From positions 45-64,044 of the forward strand of contig JACPHA010000005.1 in the NCBI GenBank assembly GCA_016188825.1: a DNA stretch of 64,000 nucleotides, written 5' to 3'. This document shows positions 10,094-19,600 of the stretch, one piece after another. Under the pieces are notes generated by a model. It was not told the DNA's origin and ran no database searches. It saw only the letters and a program-made list of their open reading frames with translations. Made by a program: the position numbers and the translations under genes. How positions within the stretch are numbered: the stretch's first letter is position 1; each line of letters begins with the position of its first letter. Source of the stretch: Candidatus Pacearchaeota archaeon. Its GTDB lineage: Archaea > Nanobdellota > Nanobdellia > Pacearchaeales > GW2011-AR1.

Positions 10094-11082
10094 ATTCTGA
10101 TTAAAGCACCGCCGAAAGCCAGGCCAGAGCCCATGTCAACCAAGACAACTAAATCTCCTTCTTTAATATCTCCCCTTTCTTTTGCTTCTGCTAATGCTAT
10201 AGGGACAGTCGCAGCAGACATGTTTCCGTACCTTTCAATATTTCTATAAACCCTGCCGCTTTTTTCTGGATCAATTCTATTTTCTATATTTTCTATTATT
10301 CTTAAGTTTGCTTGATGCGGAATGTATTTATTAATTGCATCTTTATCAATTCCTGCCTTTCTTACTAATTTATGAGCATTGTCAATCATTCCTCTCGTTG
10401 CTCTTTTTAGCACTTCACGACCGCCAGTCATTCTCAATATTCCTTGGCTGTCTTCGTATATCCAACTAATTCCGGAAACAATGCTATCAAATATTGTTGC
10501 GCGGACTCCCTCGTCCTCGCTATTTGTCGGACCCAAAACAACCAAACCACAACCGTCGCCAAACAATATACAGTTTCTTTCAGTGTAATCAACTTTTCTT
10601 GTTAATGTTTCTACTCCACCAACCAAATAATAACCTCCATTTTCTTTAATTCTCAATCGAGCAATTTCTAAAGAATGAGTAAATCCCGAACAAGCAGCAG
10701 CAATATCCGGAGCAAAGCTAACATTTTTTGCTCCTATTCTTTCCTGAACTCTGCATCCAACAGAAGGAAACCTTTGTCTATTACTTATTGTCCCGATTAG
10801 TATGCCGCTTAGTTCTTCAGCAGGAAAGCCGGTTTTTCTATATGCGTTTTCAATTAAATCAACAACGCTTTCATGTTCAGCAACCTTTCTTCTTTCCCTT
10901 ATGCCGCTAATCTCAATAATTTTTTCATTTGTCATATCTTCTTTACCATCCTCATATTTGGGTTGTCTATATTCATCTTCTCCAACATATTTTCTACGAG
11001 GATTTAGTGCAACAAAATATGCATTATCTAAAACGGTTTCAGGAACATACCACCCAAAGGCCACAATTTTTGCGTTTGTCAC
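10090..11082 (-). CDS. 3-oxoacyl-ACP synthase III-like condensing enzyme (FabH/KAS III thiolase fold)
   Basis: 330 aa. The Cys-His-Asn triad contexts are DIAAACSGF, IPHQANLRII and YGNMSAAT. C-terminal GSGLAFGG. Confidence 0.85.
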   Translation of the reverse strand: MTNAKIVAFGWYVPETVLDNAYFVALNPRRKYVGEDEYRQPKYEDGKEDMTNEKIIEISGIRERRKVAEHESVVDLIENAYRKTGFPAEELSGILIGTISNRQRFPSVGCRVQERIGAKNVSFAPDIAAACSGFTHSLEIARLRIKENGGYYLVGGVETLTRKVDYTERNCILFGDGCGLVVLGPTNSEDEGVRATIFDSIVSGISWIYEDSQGILRMTGGREVLKRATRGMIDNAHKLVRKAGIDKDAINKYIPHQANLRIIENIENRIDPEKSGRVYRNIERYGNMSAATVPIALAEAKERGDIKEGDLVVLVDMGSGLAFGGALIRI

Positions 11083-11121
11083 GATAATTTAAAATTAACT
11101 ATTCTTATAAACATTATTGCT

Positions 11122-11637
11122 CTACCAAATTAAATAAACATATAAGGTTTCAAAGAAAAATCTTTTTTTCGCTAATTTTTTAAATTTGTAATTGTATTTT
11201 TTAATTATTTTAGAAATATTTTTTGTTAAACTGCTAAATAGAATCAGGATTTTACCGTTTTTATTTAAATGTGCCTTTGCTTCTTTTAAAAATTTTTCAA
11301 TTGTTTCAGAACCAATTTTTCCAGAAGTTAAATCAGGTTCATTTCCATAATCATTATCTGATTTTGGCAAATAAGGAGGATTGAAAATTATCAAATCAAA
11401 TTTTTTTCCATGAAGATTTTCAAATAAATTACTTTGAATCGCATTAATTCCTTTTTTCTTGCAGAATTTTACAGCTTCAGGATTTATATCAACAGCAAGA
11501 ACAGAGGGTGTTTTTTTCAAAGCAGTTAGGGACTGTATTCCAGAGCCACAGCCCATGTCTAGAACATTTCCTTTTGTGTATTTAAGGACAAGTTTTTGCA
11601 ATAAAAAAGAGTCTTCGTCTGCAGGGTAGATCATCAT
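11122..11637 (-). CDS. SAM-dependent methyltransferase, HemK/PrmC-like
   Basis: VLDMGCGSGI (SAM motif I) and IIFNPPYLP (NPPY motif IV). Confidence 0.85.
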   Translation of the reverse strand: MMIYPADEDSFLLQKLVLKYTKGNVLDMGCGSGIQSLTALKKTPSVLAVDINPEAVKFCKKKGINAIQSNLFENLHGKKFDLIIFNPPYLPKSDNDYGNEPDLTSGKIGSETIEKFLKEAKAHLNKNGKILILFSSLTKNISKIIKKYNYKFKKLAKKRFFFETLYVYLIW

Positions 11638-11664
11638 TCAAGGAGTAGAAAGGGAATTTTAAAA

Positions 11665-12420
11665 TTATCTTTTATCACTTTCCGTAGCTTTTATTTTGTC
11701 TTTTTCTATAATGATCCCTTGATTTCCAATGTCATTAACTGAATTTGGCATGGCGACTTTTGGTACAGGAAAGCCAAAATATTTTCTTCTCTCTCTGATT
11801 TCTGCTGTTGAAATGCCGAATGTTTTATCTCTTGCATCAATTAAAGGTTTTTTTGCTTGTCCGTCTGCTCCAAAGGACCACATCAATAACGGTTCGCCTA
11901 GTGGAAATTCTGTTGAAGGGTCTCTCCATGTATGCCATGTTTTGCCCCATGTTGTTAAAAGTTCGGGGAAGATATCGTCGCCTTGGTTTGGCATGTCAGG
12001 AGCAATTAACTGCCCGGAAAGAATTTCATAAGCGTGAGGATGCCAGAATTTTTTTTCTTCCCTTGGCAATTTTTGGTAAGATTCATCTGCAATAATGTAT
12101 TCAACACCAAGCAACTTTGAATTTTGTCCTCTGCCATCGTAAACAACGCACTGATGCACTTTTCCGCCCGGATGTCCGCAGTAATGATGTGCTTCTATTT
12201 GGAAATTAGGATTTTCTTTTGCAACATGAAAAGCGCAAAGATAAAGGCGCATATTATTTACTGGAGTCCAGTTTTCTGTTCTTTGTGGTTGTTCTGTTCT
12301 ATGTTCTTTATGTTCTTGGCCTTCAGCTAACCAAGAGGGAATTAATAAGGATGCCGCGCCAATGCCCGCTACAAATCTTCTGCGGTCGCTTATTACGTAA
12401 TTCTCTTTTCTTTCACTCAT
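11665..12420 (-). CDS. DUF1264 (OBAP-like) protein with twin-arginine-type signal
   Basis: N-terminus SDRRRFVAGIGAASLL. The core LLGVEYIIADESYQKLPREEKKFWHPHAYEILSGQL resembles DUF1264. Confidence 0.7.
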   Translation of the reverse strand: MSERKENYVISDRRRFVAGIGAASLLIPSWLAEGQEHKEHRTEQPQRTENWTPVNNMRLYLCAFHVAKENPNFQIEAHHYCGHPGGKVHQCVVYDGRGQNSKLLGVEYIIADESYQKLPREEKKFWHPHAYEILSGQLIAPDMPNQGDDIFPELLTTWGKTWHTWRDPSTEFPLGEPLLMWSFGADGQAKKPLIDARDKTFGISTAEIRERRKYFGFPVPKVAMPNSVNDIGNQGIIIEKDKIKATESDKR

Positions 12421-12601
12421 TTTTTATTTTATTAATTTTTATTTTATTAATTCACCTATTTAAATATTTCTTTAGTGCAATCCATATTTTTCATTCAAAT
12501 ATTTGGTTTTGTAAAGTTAAAAGGCGATAAATTCACTTGTTTTTACGATTTTGTCTAGGATAATTATCTGCCATCTCACATTGGCTTAACATTATTATCG
12601 T

Positions 12602-12688
12602 GAATTCTGGTAATTGGTATAAAATTTGTCCAGAATTCCCGTGATAGATAATTCCCAAAACCCCATACTAATTAAGGGAATTATCTAT
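12602..12688. repeat. Paired-hairpin intergenic element, copy A
   Basis: Hairpin 1: GAATTCTGG (12602-12610) / CCAGAATTC (12630-12638), 19 nt loop. Hairpin 2: ATAGATAATTCCC (12644-12656) / GGGAATTATCTAT (12676-12688), 19 nt loop. A perfect palindrome GATAATTATC lies at 12559-12568 just upstream. Confidence 0.8.
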
Positions 12689-12875
12689 AAATAATTTTTC
12701 TTATGGTGCTTTGTTGCACGAGTGAAGAATAAATTACAATTATCTACGATATAATAATTAAAACGAATCATTAATAATTTCTTTTTATCTAAGACAAATC
12801 AACCCAGCCTCATTCAATGCAATAGAATCTCTTACGAGTAAAAAGAATTAAAAAGAGTTCTTTTTTTTATAAGTC

Positions 12876-14270
12876 ATGTTAAGAACACACACTTGCGGAG
12901 AATTGAGAAAGAAGGATGTTGGAAAGAAAACGGTTTTATGCGGCTGGATTGATACAATAAGGGAGCACGGGAAAATTAGCTTTGTTGATTTGAGAGACAG
13001 GTATGGAAAAACACAAATAGTTATTATTGGAAAGCATGAGTTAAAGCCAGAATATTGCATTAAGATTGAAGGAAAAGTTCAGGAAAGAAAAAAGGGGACA
13101 GAGAATAAAAATTTTGAAACCGGCGAGATTGAAGTTCTTTCTGAAAAGTTAGAGGTTTTGAGCGAGGCGAAAACATTGCCTTTTGAGATAGGAAGTGATG
13201 TTGTCGGAGAAGATGTCAGATTAAAATATAGATATTTAGATTTGCGCAGGCCTAAAATTCAGAAAAACCTTTTGATGAGGCACAAGCTGGTTAGTTTTAT
13301 AAGGGAATACATGGACAGATATGGATTTTTAGATATTGCCACGCCGATTTTGACAAAGTCAACTCCTGAAGGAGCCAGAGATTTTATTGTGCCATCGAGA
13401 ATACATCCTGGAAAATTTTATGCCCTGCCACAAAGCCCGCAGCAATATAAGCAGTTATTAATGGTTGCTGGTTTGGACAGATATTATCAGATAGCTCCCT
13501 GCTTCAGAGACGAAGATGCGAGAGCTGACAGATCTCCGGGAGAATTTTACCAGCTTGATGTGGAGATGTCCTTTGTTGAGCAAAAGGATATTCTGAATTT
13601 GATAGAAACAATGTATATTGAAATGGTAGAGAAATTATTTCCAAAAGCCAAGATAACACAAGTTCCATTTCCGAGATTGAAATATGACGAGGTTGTTAAA
13701 AAATATGGAACAGATAAACCAGATTTGAGAAAAGATAAAAATAATTCTAATGAGTTTGCATTTTGTTTTGTTGTTGATTTTCCTTTGTTTGAGGAAGAGC
13801 TGGATAATAGGCATTATGCACCGAAGCACCATATGTTTACGATGCCGAAAGAGGAAGACTGGAAATATTTGAATAAAAATGATGCCCATAAAGTAAAATC
13901 CTACCAGCACGACTTTGTTTTAAACGGCTTTGAAATTGGCGGCGGGAGTATTAGAATTCACAAAGCAGATATACAAAGTAAGATTTTTGATCTTATTGGA
14001 TTCAGCGAAAAAGAGAAAAAATATTTCTCGCATATGCTGATTGCTTTTGAGTATGGCGTGCCTCCTCACGGCGGTATAGCATTAGGGATAGATAGGTCAA
14101 TAATGATTTTATTAAATGAGCCGAGCATTAGAGAAGTGATTGCATTTCCGAAGAACAAGGCGGCACAGGACGTTATGATGAATGCTCCTTCTGATGTGAG
14201 CGAAGAGCAGCTAAAAGAAGTTCATATTAAAATTGATTTGCCTACTAAGGGAGAGAAAAAGAAAAAATGA
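12876..14270 (+). CDS. aspS: Aspartate--tRNA ligase, bacterial-type core without GAD insertion
   Basis: [12 protein letters not shown]-terminus. Class II motifs [18 protein letters not shown] and [12 protein letters not shown]. Only ~140 aa separate motifs 2 and 3. 464 aa. Confidence 0.92.
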   Translation: MLRTHTCGELRKKDVGKKTVLCGWIDTIREHGKISFVDLRDRYGKTQIVIIGKHELKPEYCIKIEGKVQERKKGTENKNFETGEIEVLSEKLEVLSEAKTLPFEIGSDVVGEDVRLKYRYLDLRRPKIQKNLLMRHKLVSFIREYMDRYGFLDIATPILTKSTPEGARDFIVPSRIHPGKFYALPQSPQQYKQLLMVAGLDRYYQIAPCFRDEDARADRSPGEFYQLDVEMSFVEQKDILNLIETMYIEMVEKLFPKAKITQVPFPRLKYDEVVKKYGTDKPDLRKDKNNSNEFAFCFVVDFPLFEEELDNRHYAPKHHMFTMPKEEDWKYLNKNDAHKVKSYQHDFVLNGFEIGGGSIRIHKADIQSKIFDLIGFSEKEKKYFSHMLIAFEYGVPPHGGIALGIDRSIMILLNEPSIREVIAFPKNKAAQDVMMNAPSDVSEEQLKEVHIKIDLPTKGEKKKK

Positions 14271-14557
14271 AAGCTTTTTCTTTTACAGAACACAGAATTA
14301 AATATTTAGAGAATTTGAGTGTTCTGGCTAATTATATAAGATATTCTAGAAATGGTGGCTGGCAGGAGAATCCTGAAGTTTTGGTTTTGGAAACAAGAAG
14401 GAGGAGATGCAATTATGATTTATGTCCAAATAAGAAAAAACCAAGCGATGCGCTTGTGCGAAAGATATGGGATAATGGAAATTTTCATGAGCAGAGTTTT
14501 CATTCTTCCTGCATTGAAATGATTTTAAAAGACCAGAGACTTGATTCTGTAAATTAA
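14267..14557 (+). CDS. Hypothetical protein
   Basis: 96 aa ORF with an ATGA overlap with the aspS stop. No motif recognised. Confidence 0.35.
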   Translation: MKAFSFTEHRIKYLENLSVLANYIRYSRNGGWQENPEVLVLETRRRRCNYDLCPNKKKPSDALVRKIWDNGNFHEQSFHSSCIEMILKDQRLDSVN

Positions 14558-14603
14558 TTGTCATTTTAGATAGATTTATTAACCCCTTTTACGTGACATA
14601 ATA

Positions 14604-15014
14604 ATGACATTAACACAAGAAAGAATTGGAAAATTGAAAAGTCATTACTCTGAAAGAAAAGTTAATTATATTTCTGCTGTTTTGACAGAAGAAGAAGTGA
14701 ATATTATTGAGGGGAATCCTAATTTCCAGCCAGAGGATTTTTTGATAATTGCAAGAGTTAATAGAATGATTAGAGATAAAACTTCGCGGGCGAAGAGTTA
14801 TGATAGTTATAGAGCAAAAGATTTTCATCATTATATGGGTTTGGAAGAGGAATGGTTAAAGCAGGAGGAAGTTCTTTTGGGAAAGAGTTTGCATAAACAT
14901 CCGACATCGCGTGAATTGTTTGAGGATTTTTCTTCTCATGATAATGGTTTGAGGTTTAAGATTTTTTATTGTTTGAAATTCAGGGATAAAGTTGAGAAAC
15001 CAAGAGTTTTATAA
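14604..15014 (+). CDS. Hypothetical protein
   Basis: 136 aa ORF on the same strand as its neighbours. No motif recognised. Confidence 0.4.
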   Translation: MTLTQERIGKLKSHYSERKVNYISAVLTEEEVNIIEGNPNFQPEDFLIIARVNRMIRDKTSRAKSYDSYRAKDFHHYMGLEEEWLKQEEVLLGKSLHKHPTSRELFEDFSSHDNGLRFKIFYCLKFRDKVEKPRVL

Positions 15015-15036
15015 ATAAAGTTTATCTTAATTTAAA

Positions 15037-15891
15037 ATGAAAATTTTAGCACTTGGAGATTTCCACGGCGAATTTCCAAAAAAGTTTGAAAGAATAATTA
15101 AAAAAGAAAAAATTGATTTGATTGTTTCTAATGGTGATTATTTTCCTTTTTATTATAGGGAGTTGTGGTTTGAGCATTGTTATAGGAAGGATGTTGAGCT
15201 TTGGGAAGTTATTGGAAAGAAAAAATATAGAAAATTAATTGAAAAAGATTTGAGAGACGGGGAAAACGCAATAAGAAAATTAAACAAACTAAAAATTCCG
15301 GTTATTACAGTTGTTGGAAATATTGACTATACAAGAACTCCAGATGTTTCTGATTTTAAAAAACCGCGGGGAAAAAGATATTGGGCTTGGGATTGGCAGG
15401 ACTTTTTTTCTCCTATAATAAGAAAATACAAAAACATTAGGAGGTTTGATTACTCGTATCTTAAATTTAGAAATTATGTTTTTATTGGCGCTATTGGCGG
15501 TAGTTTTTCCGGGAAAGTAAAAAGTAAAGCATATAAAAAACACAGAAAAATTTTAGAAAAATTGTTTAAAAAATTTGCACAAGAAAATAAAGAAAGAAAA
15601 GTGATTTTTGTTTCTCACAATGTTCCTTACAAAACAAAACTTGATTTGATTGGAATGAAAGCACACAAATTGGTAAGAGGAAAACATTTTGGCTCAAAAT
15701 TAGTCAGAAGAATAATTGATAAATATAAACCTATTTTGCATACTGGAGGGCATATTCATGAATCAGTAGGGATGCAAAAATTGGGAAGAACATTATGCAT
15801 TAATCCTGGAGCAGCCCATGAAGGCAAGGCAGCGATAATTATTCTGCCGGAAGAGAAGAAAGAGAAGATGAGAGTAAGGTTTATTAAATAA
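15037..15891 (+). CDS. Metallophosphoesterase (calcineurin-like)
   Basis: LALGDFHG, NGDYF, VVGNIDY, VSHNVPY and GGHIHE occur in the canonical order. Confidence 0.85.
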   Translation: MKILALGDFHGEFPKKFERIIKKEKIDLIVSNGDYFPFYYRELWFEHCYRKDVELWEVIGKKKYRKLIEKDLRDGENAIRKLNKLKIPVITVVGNIDYTRTPDVSDFKKPRGKRYWAWDWQDFFSPIIRKYKNIRRFDYSYLKFRNYVFIGAIGGSFSGKVKSKAYKKHRKILEKLFKKFAQENKERKVIFVSHNVPYKTKLDLIGMKAHKLVRGKHFGSKLVRRIIDKYKPILHTGGHIHESVGMQKLGRTLCINPGAAHEGKAAIIILPEEKKEKMRVRFIK

Positions 15892-15908
15892 AAACACAAA
15901 GAAAAAAT

Positions 15909-16148
15909 ATGGAAGAAAAAAAACAGGAAGAGATAAAAAAACAGGCGAGGGAAATTCTTGATAAATTTTCCAAGACACTTGCGAAAGTTGAGTTTAAGGA
16001 GAAAAAAATAGAAAGAGAAAAAGAAGCGGGAGGTTTCAGGGAAGAAGGAGAGGGGAAAGAAGTTGATCCTGATTTTAGAAAAAGGTTTTTTGAAAATGCG
16101 CCGAAAACAGAGGGGGATTTTATAATTGCAGAAAAGAAAAAGTGGTGA
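15909..16148 (+). CDS. Small acidic protein, possibly GatC-like
   Basis: 79 aa. The C-terminal FFENAPKTEGDFIIAEK resembles the GatC C-terminal NAP..G.F.VP motif. This is a weak call. Confidence 0.4.
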   Translation: MEEKKQEEIKKQAREILDKFSKTLAKVEFKEKKIEREKEAGGFREEGEGKEVDPDFRKRFFENAPKTEGDFIIAEKKKW

Positions 16149-16629
16149 ATTTGATGTATAGAAGAATTTGAATACCTATATTTTAAGAAATTTAATTACC
16201 CATAACAAGATGCTTATTTTATTATCTTATTTATTTTTGATGAATTACCGACTATATTATTAATCATCTAATTTCATTATTATCACGCCTTTTTATTGAT
16301 AAAAAGAAAACCATATTTTGAAGGTTTTTCAAAACCCCCTATATTAGATGACACGAACTTACCCAATCTTCATTATAAGAAATATAAAAATACTTTCTTG
16401 TCTTAATTATTAATAATGATTGAAAACAAAGAATTTTCATTAGCCAATTTAGAGTATTATTTTTGATTCGTTCTTTTTAATATAACTCGCGAGTCTAGGA
16501 CGGATTTAGAATATTAATCATACATATTAAGCTCTTTTATGTTATTTTTTAATATATCTTAGGCTATTTTTATAATAAAAGACTTAAAAAAGAAAGGTTT
16601 TTAAAGAAAATTTCATACATAATAAGCTT

Positions 16630-19600
16630 ATGATTAATGACTTGAAGAGAAAAATAATAGAACTGAAAAAAAATAGAGTGTTGGCTGTTAGAAATAAAGA
16701 GAAAATCATTCAAATTGCTAAAAAATTATTTTTGGATTATCAAAAAGGCAAGATAACAGAAGAAGAATATAAGGAAGAACTGAAGAAAAGTTTCGGCGGG
16801 AAAGAGGTAAAAGAATGGATTGAATATTATGATGTGTACATTGAGCAGTGCACCGGACAGATTGAATTTTATGGGTATAAATTAATGCAGGAGAAGACAA
16901 GAGCATTGACAAAGAAATTTGTTTCTTTTGTTTTAATTCTTGTTTTGTTTTTGATTCTGTTTTTTGTCTATTTACAACTGCAAAAACAGGTTTTTTTTGC
17001 TCCTATTACCGAAACCTATGTTGATAATTTGAATTTGTTTTATAATGAAAGTGCCGAATATGTTTGGAAACCGGAAAATGAAGGAAGAATCAACGGCGTG
17101 AAATTATCTGGTTTAATAGAAGGCGACGGCGAGGTTAAAGTTTATTTTGAGGATAAATTAATTTTGGACAGCAAGAATTTAGAAATCACCGAGGGAAAAA
17201 TAATAAGTGGAAACACAGTCTATAATAATTTAGATAATACAAGCGAAAATAATAATTTTAGTTCAGATAATATTTACGGCGGCGATGTTAATTTTTCTGG
17301 CAGCAGCGAGAATTTTGTTAGTAATCAGGCACAAGTTGAGAATACAATAAAGAAATTTAGTGAAATATGCGAAGAAACTTGTGACTTGAGTGAATTTAAT
17401 TTTAGTTCTGGAAATTATAAACTAAGAATTGAGATAAACGGAAACGCAAAGGTAAGAATTGATAATTTAAGTTATGGAATTTTTACAAAGGTAAGAATTG
17501 ATAATTTAAGTTATGGAATTTTTAAAGAAGTAGCAAAGGCAGAGGTTAAAGAGACTGCCCAAAGAGAGGAAAAAACTGCAAAAGGGAAAAAGGTTAATTT
17601 TGATGGCTTGATTCAGGGAGATTTAATTTCTACGGAAATTCCAGAGAGTTGGAATGTAAAAGATAAGAGCAAATTAAAAGTTTATTGGAAAGAAGGAGGG
17701 GAAGAAATTGATTTTGATGCTGTTGACAATAATAATGACGGAATTATCGACGAGCTTTCTTGGGAGAGTTCTCAGGGCGGAACTCAGACGTTTGAAATAA
17801 TTGTCATAACAAAAGCAGAGCATTTGGATTCTAATAAAGAATTTATTTCTGATATTTACGATTCCGTGAAGGAACTAGACGGGATTTGGAGCGAGGAGAT
17901 TCCAGACAAACATTATATAAGAGTTAAATTTGAAAGAAAATTGACAAACACGAATGATATTACAATTTATCCTCGAAAAATTAGCGGAAATCCAAGAATT
18001 GAGATTTATGAAATTAATGGGACTTCAACGATAGCTTCGTTTGACACTTTGAAAGATAATGAATATAACAAGGTTTATTTGACTTCATTGCAGAACAGCC
18101 AAGATAGTTTTGACCTTTTGGTTTTAGACGGAGCAATTGAGATTGAGCATATTGTGGATCCGAGCGCATCGCCGGGAAATGGAGTTGATTTAAGAGCGCA
18201 AGCTTGTGCTAGACAAAATCAACAAGGAAGTCAAAATACATTTGATTTAGCTTGTTTTGGAACATATCCTAATTCAACATGTTCCAGTTCTGGGGATAGA
18301 TTAAGCTGTGATGATGGAATTGTCGAAACCGCAACAACTTTCACAGGCACCTACGGAGGGATTAATGCCTCTTTTTATAATAGTTCAATAACAAACTGCG
18401 TTCAAATTGTGCAGGTATTTTTGTGTTATAATTTTTGGGGCAGTGCTCCTAATCAACATTCCTGTGAGGTTGGAGTTGATTCAGACGGGGGAGCTTCTTG
18501 GAGTAGTTTCAGTGTATCATGTTTTGGTGGTGATAGTGGAATAAGTTGTACTAACTTTACAGCAGGTCAAAATTGGCAGTGCAGCAATTTCTTTGGAGCG
18601 AACGGAACAAGTGCATTGGCAAAGGCACAAGCATTCAAGCAGGGCGGGGGCGGAATAAGGTCATGGAACTTTGATGTTTTATTCTTTAATTTAACTTATA
18701 CAGCGGATACAACACCTCCGCAAGTCACAATAATAGATCCTCAGAATAATTTTTATAACACTTCCTTTATTTACTTTAATATTTCTACTAATGAAAACAG
18801 CACTGCAAATTATAGTTTAGACGGCGGAAGAACAAATATTTCAATGAGCGCAAATGCATCTTTAACTGGTTTTACGGCTTTTAATAATTCAATTGCAGAT
18901 GGAATTTATACAGTTAATTATTATGTTAGAGATATTTATGGAAACTCTAATAACACGGAAAATGTAACATTTACAGTTGACACCACTGCTCCAACAGCAA
19001 ATTATGTTTCTCCGACTGAAAATTCTGGAGTTGCAAGAAACAGAGATTATATTGAGGTTAATGTTACAGCATCTGATTCTGGCGTTGGATTAGATAGCAT
19101 TTTGATAAGATTGTATAACTCTTCTCAAAATCAAATAAATAGCTCAACAACTTCATCTCCAAATTATATTAATTTTTCCGGCTTATCTGATGGATTATAT
19201 TTCTACAATACAACAGCAAATGATACTTTAAACAACAAAGTTGACTTAACAACAAGGAATATTACTTTGGATAGAACATTTCCTTTAATTTCTTATGGAG
19301 TTGGCACTGAAAATGACAATGCTGTTGTAAATAGAGACTGGATTTATGTTAATGTCACATTCTTAGAGATTAATTTTGCAAATATAACTTTCTTGTTGGT
19401 TAATGATTTTGGAATTGTTAATTCAACTACCCACACTACAGAAATTTATGAAATAAATTGGACAAATTTGCCTGCAGGGAATTATACTTACAATGTTTCA
19501 ATTTATGACCTCGCGGGAAACTTTAATTCAACTGCAACAAGAAAAATTAATTTGTCTGCCAGCGCCGGAAATTCCGCGCCAGAAATAATTTTTGTCGGTT

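Noticed and set aside
11729-12530. Plus-strand ORFs 11729..12031, 11808..12095, 12124..12330 and 12219..12530.
   Set aside because: They are antisense to the DUF1264 gene, which has a Tat-type signal and conserved core motifs. No motifs of their own were seen.
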